A stretch of DNA of 64,000 nt, taken from Dehalococcoidia bacterium (lineage in GTDB: Bacteria > Chloroflexota > Dehalococcoidia > UBA6926). The notes under the pieces are model-generated. The model searched no databases. It was not told the DNA's origin and worked only from the letters and a program-made list of their open reading frames with translations. The stretch covers positions 1,480,474 through 1,544,473 of the forward strand of contig OZ242203.1 in the NCBI GenBank assembly GCA_965206275.1, read 5' to 3'. Of this stretch, positions 48,629 to 57,911 are shown in pieces. The translations under genes and the position numbers were made by a program. Numbering within the stretch: the stretch's first letter is position 1; the number at the start of each line of letters is the position of its first letter.

Positions 48629-51600
48629 ATGACCAACTCCGGCATTAGCTCTATATCCCCTTACATAAAGTGTTGGGCGCGGCATCATGAACGGACGCCT
48701 CCTTCCCACCGTTCGCGGACGGGCGTTCCTCGCCCCCTGTTCCTCCTCCTGGCAGCACTGGCCGCCGTCGCCTTTGTGCTCCTCTCCCCGACCCCGACCA
48801 ACGCGCAGAACGCGGACGACTGCGCCGGGGACAGGACCACCACCTGCTCCATCGCGGTGGGCAGCTCCGTCACCGGCGAGATCGAGAGCGCCAGCGATGT
48901 CGATTACTTCAGCATCTCCGTCACGTCGGGCGCCATCTACCAGTTCGACCTGGAAGGCTCGCCCACAAGCAAGGGAACGCTTGCGGACCCACACCTCAAT
49001 CTCTGGGGCAGCACCGGCGCCACCAGTCTTACGTCAGACAACAACAGCGGCACCGGCAATAACGCCCGCATTACCTGGACCGCCACCGGCACGGGGACCT
49101 TCTATGTCGCGACCTCTTCGAGTAACCCCGGCGCCACGGGCACCTACACCCTCACGGCGGCGGTCGCCCCCGTCACCCTGATCAGCAATGTGGGCCAGGG
49201 CGCGGATAGTGAAAATACTGGCAGCATCGATTATGCGCAGAACTTCACTACCGGGAGCAACTCGGGCGGTTACACGTTAACCAGCGTCGAAATCGTTTCA
49301 GAAGATCCTGAAGGTGACGATGCAAGCGTCTCTCTATGTACGGTCGATGCTTCGGGATTCCCAACTTCCGACTGTACGGCGCTTACGGCGCCGGGCAGTT
49401 TTGCGGCCGGAACGCTTGCGTTCACTGCCCCCGGCAATACGACGCTTGACGCCAACACGACCTACACGCTCCTCATTACTTCACCCGGCGGAGAAACTCT
49501 TACCTGGGACGCGACCACGTCCGACAGCGAGGACACGGGTGGAGCGACGGGCTGGAGCATCGCAAACGCCTATCACTTTAAGAGCCCCGGCTGGAGAACC
49601 ACCTCCAGCGGTAAATCGTTCCGCATCACGGTCAAGGGCACGGTGAAGGCGGACGTCCCCGGCGCCCCGACGAGCCTCACTGCCACCGCCGGCGACGCCC
49701 AGGTGGCACTGAGCTGGGCCGCGCCGGCCAGCGATGGCGGCGCGGCGGTCACGAAGTACCGCCACCGCCACAAGCTGAGCTCCGCGTCCACCTGGGGCAG
49801 CTGGACCGAGGTGACCGGCACGGCGGCGACGGTCACCGGCCTGACCAACGGCAGCGCCTACGACTTCGAGGTGCAGGCGAACAACTCGTCGGGCTGGGGC
49901 GCAAGCGCCTCGGCCAGCGCCACGCCGGCGGTGGGGCTCGGCGTTCACATCAGCCTGAACAGCGCCCAGACCAGCCCCATCGGCATGTGGTCCCCCGACG
50001 GCGAGACCCTGTGGGTGGGGCAGTGGACCTCAAGGCAGATCTACGCCTTCGACCTGTCCGACGGGAGCGAGGATACCTCGGAGGGATGGACCCTCACCAA
50101 CCCCGGGGCCGGCAGCGACAACAACATCAAGCCCACGGGCATCTATTCCGACGGCACCCACGTCTGGGTGTCCGACGCCGACCACGACCGGGTGTTCCGG
50201 TACGACTTCAGCAGCAAGTCGCATAACAGCGTCAACCTCGCGCTGCACAGCGACAACGGCAAGCGCCAGGGCCTCTGGTCCAACGGGACAACGGCCTGGA
50301 TTGCCGACAGCGACGACAACAAGCTCTACGCCTACACCCTGTCCGACTTCAGCCGCGACAGCGGCAAGGACATCGACCTGCACAGCGACAACGGCGAAGT
50401 CCGGGGCATCTGGAGCGACGGAACAATCATCTGGGCGCTGGACAGGGATGACGAGGTGATCTACGCCTACACCCTGTCCGACGGGAGCCGAGACGCGGAC
50501 CTCGACATCGACCTGCCCTCCGAAGGCGTCAACTACAACAGCATCTGGTCCGACGGGACCATCATGTACGTCATCGAGAACGCCGCCGGGTCCACCCGCA
50601 GCCCCCACATTCACCGGCTGCGGATGCCGCGGACCGTCGTCCTCGACCCCGTCCTGCTCAGCAACACCGGGCAGGCGCGAGACGGCCTTGATGACATTTC
50701 CACTTACACCTGGGCCGCGCAGCAGTTCACCACCGGGTCCAACGCCGCCGGCTACACCCTGAGCAGCGTCTCGGTGAGCCCCACCTTTACGGGAACGCCG
50801 TCGGTGACCATGTCGCTGCGCGCGGACGACGGCTCGGACAATCCGTCGTCCACTGATCTGGCCACCTTCGCCCCTCCCACGACCTGGTCTAGCGGGAATG
50901 CGAATGTGTTCACCCTGTCGACGCCCGTCGAATTGCAGGCGAACACCAAGTACTGGGTGCGCATGACGGCCTCGACCAGTTTTGAGGTCCCTTATGCCGA
51001 CGGCTCGAACTTGGACAGCGGCAGCCAGGCCGGTTGGGACGTCGAGCGTTCCTGCGACCCTGACGCCTGCTATACCGATGCCATCTACCAGATGATCCTG
51101 CGCGGCACGGTGGCGGTCCCGGCCGACGTGCTGCTCAGCAACACCGCGCAGACCTCGCTTACAGACGGCACTCAGTTCGACGGATTTACTTGGTTGGCGC
51201 GGCAATTCACGACCGGGCCCGACTCCGGTGGTTACATGCTGGGCAGTATCAGGTTGCTCGGCGGTGGATCGCAGAATACGGTGCCGATCAGCGTGTCCTT
51301 GCGCGCGGACAACGGCTCGAACCGGCCGTCGTCCACTGATCTGGCGACCTTCAATCCGCCGTCGTCGTGGGTTGACGGGGAGAACCTCTTTACCCGGTCG
51401 TCGGCTGTCACTTTGCAGGCGAATACCAAGTACTGGGTGTACATCGACACCTCATCAGCGATTGGCGCCGATGTTGCCGTACTCAAGCGTACCCTGAGCG
51501 ACCAGTTTGTCGGCAAAAGCGGTTGGAGCTTCGGGGGAGCATGTTTCAAGGAAACCGGTAACGTCCCCGTCAGTTGTGAGCTAGGTGATCCAGCAACCTA

Positions 51601-54600
51601 CTGGCAGATGGTCCTGAGCAGCACGGTGGTGACGACGGTTGCCCCCGGCGCCCCGACGAGCCTCACCGCCACCGCCGGCGACGCCCAGGTGGACCTGGCT
51701 TGGGCCGCGCCGGACAGCGACGGCGGCGCGGCCGTCACGATGTACCGCCACCGCCACAAGCTGACCTCCGCTACTACCTGGGGCAGCTGGACCGAGGTGT
51801 CGGCCACCACGTTGACCGCCACCGTCACCGGCCTGACCAACGACAGCGCCTACGACTTCGAGGTGCAGGCGCAGAACTCCGTGGGCTGGGGCGCAAGCGC
51901 CTCGGCCAGCGCGGCGCCCGTCTCCCTCGACCCCGTGCTGCTCAGCAACGACGGGCAGACGCCAGGCACGGATAGTCCTAGTGATCTCACCCTTTACGCT
52001 TGGGCCGCGCAGCAGTTCACCACCGGGTCCAACTCCACCGGGTACACGCTGAGCAGCGTCTCGGTGCGGGCCGGTGTCACAGGAACACCTACGGTGACCA
52101 TGTCGCTGCGCGCCGACGACGGCTCAGACAATCCGTCGTCCACTGATCTGGCCACGTTCACCGCCCCGTCGTTCTGGGTCAGCGGGAGTGCGAATGTCTT
52201 CACCCTGTCGACGCCGTTCGAGTTGGAGGCGAGCACCAAGTACTGGCTGTACATGACCGCCACCGGCGGCAGCTTCGAAGTGGATTTTGCCGATAGCTTG
52301 AACGCGGACAGCAGCAGCCTGGCTGGTTGGAGCATTGGGAGAGCCTGCGATGCCGACTTTTGCTATGACTCCTCCCCCTTCCAGGTGATCCTGCGCGGCA
52401 CAGTCGTGCCGACAACCGTGCTGATCAGCAATGTGGGCCAGGGCGGGGATGACGAACGTACTAGCAGGAACAGGAGCGCGCAGCGCTTCACTACCGGGAG
52501 CAACTCGGCCGGTTACACGTTGACCAGCGTCGAAGTCATCTCAGAAGACACTGCCGGTGACCGTTTTAGCGTCTCTGTGTGTACCGTCACTGGTTCGGGA
52601 TTCCCAACTTCCACGTGTACGGCGCTGACCGCGCCGGGCAGTTTTTCGGCTGGAACTCTTGCGTTCACCGCCCCCGACAATACGACGCTTGACGCCGGCA
52701 CGACGTACACGATCGTCATCGCTCCTGCCGGCAATGCATTCGTGAGTTTGGACACCACCACTGCCAACGGCGAGGACGCGGGTGGGGCAGCGGGCTGGAG
52801 CATCCGAAACAGCCTTGATTTTAACAACGGGGCAAACTGGGCAGTCTCCGCCAATGAATCGCTCCGCATCACGGTCAAGGGCACGGTGCGGCCCGTGGTC
52901 GTCCCCGGCGCCCCGACGTCCCTGACCGCCACCGCCGGGGTAAAGCAGATCGCACTGTCGTGGACCGCGCCGGCGTCTGACGGCGGCGCGGCTATCACCG
53001 GCTACACCCTGCAGGTCTCTGACTCCGATCCCTCCGGCACAGCGAACTGGGCCGACGTGTCACCACAGCCCCAGGGCACAGCCACGACCTACACCCACAC
53101 CGGTTTGGCCGACGGGGCGGAGCGCTGGTACCGGGTGGCCGCGACCAACAGCGTGGGCGACGGTGCGTACTCGGCGACGGCGACGGCCACCACCCATAAC
53201 GTCCCCGGCGCCCCGACGAATTTCACCGCCACCGCCGGCAACGCCCGGGTGGACCTGGCTTGGGACCCGCCGGCCAGCGACGGCGGCGCGCCGGTCACGA
53301 TGTACCGCCTCCGCCACAAGCTGAGCTCCGCGTCCAGCTGGGGCAGCTGGACCGAGCTCACCGGCACGACGGCGACCGTCCCCGGCCTGACCAACGGCAG
53401 CGCCTACGACTTCGAGGTGCAGGCGCAGAACTCCGTGGGCTGGGGCGCAAGCGCCTCGGCCAGCGCCACGCCCGCGCCCCCCGACCCCAACCCCGTGCTG
53501 CTCAGCAACGACGGGCAGACGACGTTCAGCCACCAGCTCCTGAATGATGTTGGCTGGCTCGCCGCGCAGTTCACCACCGGCTCCAACTCCGACGGTTACA
53601 CCCTGAGCAGCGTTGCGCTGATCGGCGATAACGCCCAGCAGACCGTCCCGTTGACCGTGACGCTGCGCGCGCGCAGCGGCGTAAGGCCCTCGTCCACCGT
53701 GCTGGCCACTTTCACAAACCCGTCGTCCTGGGTTGCCGGGGAGAACTTCTTCACCCTTTCCTCGCCCGTCAAGCTGGAGCCGGATACCTCGTACTGGGTG
53801 TACGCGGATACGAGCGGGGCCTCGAACAGTGACCTGGCCGGGGTTGCTTTCATCCTCAATAACGCTGCGGACGGGCGCAGCCTGCCCGGCTGGAGCTTCG
53901 GGTATTCCTGCACCAACGACACCTGTCTCTCCAGCAACGCCTATCGTTTCCAGGTGGTCCTGCGCGGCACGGTGACGAACCCCGCGCTGATCGACACAAC
54001 TGGCAATCTCCGTTCCACTATGTATAGGCTCGGTCACGGTCTGCATGAGGTGGAGTTCGTGGAGGGCCGCTATTACCGGGTGCATGTGGAAGGGCGGGGT
54101 TCTGACCCGGTGCGGGAGCCGCTGATTGCGGTGCTGGACTCGGAGCGCAGGGAGCTGGCGAACAATCGCTACAACCGGGGTCCGACGACTCATGGACCGG
54201 ATTGGGATTACAGCGGCGACGGTCTGGGGGCGAAGCAGGACCGGTTCTGGTATTGGCTGTTGCCGTCTGAGCAGCGCACGCCGGACACGCCGGACTACTG
54301 GAACCCGTACTACGACGAGTCCTTGGGTGCTAAGGGCCTGGCGGGGGCGTGGCGGGAGGACATCGACGATGTTCCGGAGTGCCCGTCGGGCACGATGTGT
54401 ACTAAAGAGCGCACGCCGGAGCATTTCCACCAGGACGACATCAGCTATCTGAACCCCTTCACGTTCAAGGCGCCCGCCTCGGGCACGTATTTCGTCCAGT
54501 TGCGGTCGTACACCTATGACGGCAACCAGTATCGGCTGACGGTGACCCAGGTGGATACCTCGGCCGACGACGAGCCCGCCGAGAGCACCGCGACGGCTGC

Positions 54601-57571
54601 GACGGCTGCGGCTGACGGTTCGTACCATCAGTTCCGGCTGGAGTTTCCCTTCGACCGCGACTGGGTGAAGCTCGAGAACCTGACGGTCGGCAACAGCTAT
54701 CAGGTGCAGGTCAAGGGCAGCATCGTGTACGGCTGCCAGAACTGCCGCACGGTGGCGCATCTGATGAGCATCCGCGATGCCGACGGCGACCTGGTGGACA
54801 GCACGGGGGCGTATCCCAGCCGTCAGACGTTCACTGCGACCAGCACGACCCATTTCGTGGTGGCGGGATCGCGCGCCGGCTCACGGGGCATGTGGAGCAG
54901 CAGGGACACCCGCTGGTACGTGAAAGTGACCGACCAGTCGGGCGCGGGCGGCCAGTCGGACGGCCAGCCTCGCAGTGACGGCTCGGGCGGCGGCGTGTCG
55001 GCCAAGAACGCCGCCCCGACGTCCAAGAGCGTCGTCCCGACCGCGCCGGCGCCGGTGGTCGACGACTACGGCGACAGCCCCGACACCGCGCAGCCGCTGG
55101 CCGACGGGGACGTGCTGGACGGGGTGATCGAGACCTCCGGCGACAAGGACTGGTTCAGAGCCGAGCTGACCGAGGGCCGCCGCTGGCGGGTGCGCGTGAT
55201 CCCCGCGGACCGTGACGGCGAGTACGAGGTGAACCTCTACGGCGTGTACGACGCGAACGGCAACGTGCTGGTCAGCTGGTCTCCCCGCTGGTTCGTGGTC
55301 GATCTGCATCCTCCCGCGGACGGGGTGCACTACTTCGCCGTCGGCTCCGACAACCCCCAGGCCGTGGGCGCCTACACGATCAAGCTCAAGGACATGGGGC
55401 CGTCGGATCGAGAGCCCCGACCCCAGCCTGAGACGGGCCTGCCGACGATCAGCGGCACGGCGCAGGTGGGCGAGACCCTGACGGCCGACACCTCGGGCAT
55501 CGCCGACGAGGACGGCCTGGACAACGTTTCGTACAGCTACCAGTGGGCAGCCGACGGCGAGGACATAGCGGGAGCCACGGACTCGACCTACACCCTGGCC
55601 GACGCCGACGAGGGCAAGGCCATAAGCGTTACTGTGTCCTTCACCGACGACGCGGGCAACGAGGAATCTGTGACCAGCGCGGCCACGGCTGCGGTGGAGG
55701 CCAGGCCCAACACTCCGGCCACCGGCCTGCCGACCATCAGCGGGACCGCCCAGGTGGGCGAGACGCTGACGGCCGACGCGTCCGGCATCGCCGACGAGGA
55801 CGGGCTGACCATCGCGGCGTTCGGCTACCAGTGGGCAGCCGACGGCGCGGACATATCCGGGGCCACGGACTCGACCTACACGCTTGTCGACGCCGACGCG
55901 GGCACGGCCATCAGCGTCACGGTGTCCTTCACCGACGACGCAGGGAACGAGGAGTCGCTGACCAGCGCGGCCACGGCTGCGGTGGAGGCGGCGATTGGGC
56001 AGCTGCCTGAACTTCCGGCCGGCTCGACGATTTTGTGGTCTGCCGACATGACGGTGGTGGACTACGGTGCAGGCTCGGTCGGCGCCGGAAGCGCCGACCT
56101 GTTCGCCAACCAGGTCAGCGCTGACAACCACGAGGCGCAGTGGCTGTGGTCCTACACGCCTGGCCGGCAGGTCGACCTCTCGCTTCTGACGGCCATCATG
56201 GACACCGAGGACCTGGTGCTGCACATAGGCGATCTTGAGCTTCCCTTTGCGGATGCGTCGGGCTCGTTCTCGAACTTCACCTGGTACGGCGTGGATGTGG
56301 ATTGGGGGGACGGCCAGACGCTGCCGGCGCGAATCGCTCGTGTGGCCCAGGTTTCAGAGCCTGTGGCAAACACCCCGGCCACCGGCCTCCCGACCATCAA
56401 CGGCACCGCCCAGGTGGGCGAGACGCTGACGGCGGACACATCGGCCATCACCGACGAGGACGGCCTGGACAACGCGACGTTCAGCTACCAGTGGCAGGCC
56501 GACGGCTCCGACATAGCCAACGCAACGGACTCGACCTACACCCCCGTCGACGCCGACGAGGGCGCGGCCATCAGCGTCACGGTGTCCTTCACCGACGACG
56601 CCGGCAACGAGGAGTCATTGACCAGCACCGCCACGGCGGTGGTGGAGGCCAAGCCCAACACTCCGGCCACCGGCCTTCCGACCATCGGCGGCACCGCCCA
56701 GGTGGGCGAAACGCTGACAGCGGACACGTCAAGCATCTCAGACGAGGACGGCCTGTCCAACGCGACATTCAGCTACCAGTGGGCAGCCGACGGCGCAGAC
56801 ATTGCAGGGGCGACGGGCTCAACCTACACCCTTGCCGACGCCGACGAGGGCACGGCCATAAGCGTCGAGGTGTCCTTCACCGACGACGCGGGCAATGACG
56901 AGTCGCTGACCAGCGCGGCTACGGCGGCCGTGGAGGCGAAGCCCAACACCCCGGCCACGGGAGCGCCGACTATGAGCGGGATCGCCCAGGTGGGCGAGAC
57001 GCTGACGGCGGACACATCGGCCATCACCGACGAGGACGGCCTGACCAACGTCTCGTACAGCTACCAGTGGGCAGCCGACGGCGCGGACATATCGGAAGCG
57101 ACGGACTCGACCTACACCCTGACCGACACGGACGAGGGCACGACCGTCACCGTAACGGTGTCGTTCACCGACGACGCGGGCAACGAGGAGTCTTTGACCA
57201 GCACGGCCACTGTGGCCGTGGCGGGCGTGCCGGCGACTCCGCTGACGGCGACGGTCTCGAATGTCCCGGCATCTCACGACGGGGAGAATGTCTTCACCTT
57301 CGAGTTGCGGTTCAGCGAGGAGTTCCCCATCAGCTACAGGACCCTGCGGGACTACGCCTTCATTGTGAGTGGCGGGGACGTGACGCGGGCGAAGCGGATC
57401 GAGAAGGGCAGCAACATTGCCTGGCGCATCCACGTCAGGCCGGACTCGAACGGCGCCGTGACCATCATCCTGCCCGTGACCACCGACTGCGATGCCCCGG
57501 GAGCCATCTGCACGGACGACGGCCGGATGCTCTCTACGCGTTTGGAGTTGACCATCGACGGTCCATCGTAG
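48629..57571 (+). CDS. giant secreted multidomain protein (2980 aa)
   Basis: Uninterrupted 8.9-kb ORF with a hydrophobic signal-like segment LFLLLAALAAVAFVLLSPTPTNA. It has PPC-like domains (DVDYFSISVTSGAIYQFDLEG), 5 FN3 domains (PGAPTSLTATAGDAQVALSWAAPASDGGA), 6 copies of a ~180-aa module built on the F-T-T-G motif (AQQFTTGSN..GYTLSSV), WSDGT/YAYTLSDGSRD propeller-like repeats and 5 tandem ~95-aa repeats. Confidence 0.8.
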   Translation: MTNSGISSISPYIKCWARHHERTPPSHRSRTGVPRPLFLLLAALAAVAFVLLSPTPTNAQNADDCAGDRTTTCSIAVGSSVTGEIESASDVDYFSISVTSGAIYQFDLEGSPTSKGTLADPHLNLWGSTGATSLTSDNNSGTGNNARITWTATGTGTFYVATSSSNPGATGTYTLTAAVAPVTLISNVGQGADSENTGSIDYAQNFTTGSNSGGYTLTSVEIVSEDPEGDDASVSLCTVDASGFPTSDCTALTAPGSFAAGTLAFTAPGNTTLDANTTYTLLITSPGGETLTWDATTSDSEDTGGATGWSIANAYHFKSPGWRTTSSGKSFRITVKGTVKADVPGAPTSLTATAGDAQVALSWAAPASDGGAAVTKYRHRHKLSSASTWGSWTEVTGTAATVTGLTNGSAYDFEVQANNSSGWGASASASATPAVGLGVHISLNSAQTSPIGMWSPDGETLWVGQWTSRQIYAFDLSDGSEDTSEGWTLTNPGAGSDNNIKPTGIYSDGTHVWVSDADHDRVFRYDFSSKSHNSVNLALHSDNGKRQGLWSNGTTAWIADSDDNKLYAYTLSDFSRDSGKDIDLHSDNGEVRGIWSDGTIIWALDRDDEVIYAYTLSDGSRDADLDIDLPSEGVNYNSIWSDGTIMYVIENAAGSTRSPHIHRLRMPRTVVLDPVLLSNTGQARDGLDDISTYTWAAQQFTTGSNAAGYTLSSVSVSPTFTGTPSVTMSLRADDGSDNPSSTDLATFAPPTTWSSGNANVFTLSTPVELQANTKYWVRMTASTSFEVPYADGSNLDSGSQAGWDVERSCDPDACYTDAIYQMILRGTVAVPADVLLSNTAQTSLTDGTQFDGFTWLARQFTTGPDSGGYMLGSIRLLGGGSQNTVPISVSLRADNGSNRPSSTDLATFNPPSSWVDGENLFTRSSAVTLQANTKYWVYIDTSSAIGADVAVLKRTLSDQFVGKSGWSFGGACFKETGNVPVSCELGDPATYWQMVLSSTVVTTVAPGAPTSLTATAGDAQVDLAWAAPDSDGGAAVTMYRHRHKLTSATTWGSWTEVSATTLTATVTGLTNDSAYDFEVQAQNSVGWGASASASAAPVSLDPVLLSNDGQTPGTDSPSDLTLYAWAAQQFTTGSNSTGYTLSSVSVRAGVTGTPTVTMSLRADDGSDNPSSTDLATFTAPSFWVSGSANVFTLSTPFELEASTKYWLYMTATGGSFEVDFADSLNADSSSLAGWSIGRACDADFCYDSSPFQVILRGTVVPTTVLISNVGQGGDDERTSRNRSAQRFTTGSNSAGYTLTSVEVISEDTAGDRFSVSVCTVTGSGFPTSTCTALTAPGSFSAGTLAFTAPDNTTLDAGTTYTIVIAPAGNAFVSLDTTTANGEDAGGAAGWSIRNSLDFNNGANWAVSANESLRITVKGTVRPVVVPGAPTSLTATAGVKQIALSWTAPASDGGAAITGYTLQVSDSDPSGTANWADVSPQPQGTATTYTHTGLADGAERWYRVAATNSVGDGAYSATATATTHNVPGAPTNFTATAGNARVDLAWDPPASDGGAPVTMYRLRHKLSSASSWGSWTELTGTTATVPGLTNGSAYDFEVQAQNSVGWGASASASATPAPPDPNPVLLSNDGQTTFSHQLLNDVGWLAAQFTTGSNSDGYTLSSVALIGDNAQQTVPLTVTLRARSGVRPSSTVLATFTNPSSWVAGENFFTLSSPVKLEPDTSYWVYADTSGASNSDLAGVAFILNNAADGRSLPGWSFGYSCTNDTCLSSNAYRFQVVLRGTVTNPALIDTTGNLRSTMYRLGHGLHEVEFVEGRYYRVHVEGRGSDPVREPLIAVLDSERRELANNRYNRGPTTHGPDWDYSGDGLGAKQDRFWYWLLPSEQRTPDTPDYWNPYYDESLGAKGLAGAWREDIDDVPECPSGTMCTKERTPEHFHQDDISYLNPFTFKAPASGTYFVQLRSYTYDGNQYRLTVTQVDTSADDEPAESTATAATAAADGSYHQFRLEFPFDRDWVKLENLTVGNSYQVQVKGSIVYGCQNCRTVAHLMSIRDADGDLVDSTGAYPSRQTFTATSTTHFVVAGSRAGSRGMWSSRDTRWYVKVTDQSGAGGQSDGQPRSDGSGGGVSAKNAAPTSKSVVPTAPAPVVDDYGDSPDTAQPLADGDVLDGVIETSGDKDWFRAELTEGRRWRVRVIPADRDGEYEVNLYGVYDANGNVLVSWSPRWFVVDLHPPADGVHYFAVGSDNPQAVGAYTIKLKDMGPSDREPRPQPETGLPTISGTAQVGETLTADTSGIADEDGLDNVSYSYQWAADGEDIAGATDSTYTLADADEGKAISVTVSFTDDAGNEESVTSAATAAVEARPNTPATGLPTISGTAQVGETLTADASGIADEDGLTIAAFGYQWAADGADISGATDSTYTLVDADAGTAISVTVSFTDDAGNEESLTSAATAAVEAAIGQLPELPAGSTILWSADMTVVDYGAGSVGAGSADLFANQVSADNHEAQWLWSYTPGRQVDLSLLTAIMDTEDLVLHIGDLELPFADASGSFSNFTWYGVDVDWGDGQTLPARIARVAQVSEPVANTPATGLPTINGTAQVGETLTADTSAITDEDGLDNATFSYQWQADGSDIANATDSTYTPVDADEGAAISVTVSFTDDAGNEESLTSTATAVVEAKPNTPATGLPTIGGTAQVGETLTADTSSISDEDGLSNATFSYQWAADGADIAGATGSTYTLADADEGTAISVEVSFTDDAGNDESLTSAATAAVEAKPNTPATGAPTMSGIAQVGETLTADTSAITDEDGLTNVSYSYQWAADGADISEATDSTYTLTDTDEGTTVTVTVSFTDDAGNEESLTSTATVAVAGVPATPLTATVSNVPASHDGENVFTFELRFSEEFPISYRTLRDYAFIVSGGDVTRAKRIEKGSNIAWRIHVRPDSNGAVTIILPVTTDCDAPGAICTDDGRMLSTRLELTIDGPS
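55432..57230 (+). repeat. five near-identical ~285-bp tandem repeats inside the giant gene (copies 2 and 3 separated by a ~370-bp unique insert)
   Basis: Repeat unit NTPATGLPTISGTAQVGETLTADTSGIADEDGL..YSYQWAADG.DI.GATDSTYTL.DADEG.AISVTVSFTDDAGNEESLTS. Similar antisense ORFs recur at 55588, 56152, 56536 and 56824, which confirms DNA-level identity. Confidence 0.85.
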
Positions 57572-57728
57572 CGACTCTACCGGGAGGGCGGCGCATCCTT
57601 TCATCCATTGAAGAGCGACTTGCGGCTCTGGGCCTGACTGGCGGGCTTCTGGGGAAGGCCAGAATTGCGCTACGCAACACGCTGACGGACGGTGTGCGGA
57701 CTGCACCGACAGAACAAACCAGGAGGCC

Positions 57729-57911
57729 ATGATGGCGTCACGACCAATCACCGAGGGGTATCTGGACTCACATATGAATTCCGTGCGCCATGACCTAAGT
57801 ATCGAGATTCAACGAGCGGAAACCCGTATCCTCCGTGCCATCGTTGGCGCTACTGTCTTCACGTCTTTCCTGATAGCCATAACCGCATTGTTGCTCACAT
57901 GGACAGGGTGA
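57729..57911 (+). CDS. small membrane protein (60 aa, C-terminal TM helix)
   Basis: Strong RBS aggagg 5 nt upstream of the ATG. Charged helical N-terminus plus a TM segment. Overlaps the amidohydrolase start. Confidence 0.4.
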   Translation: MMASRPITEGYLDSHMNSVRHDLSIEIQRAETRILRAIVGATVFTSFLIAITALLLTWTG

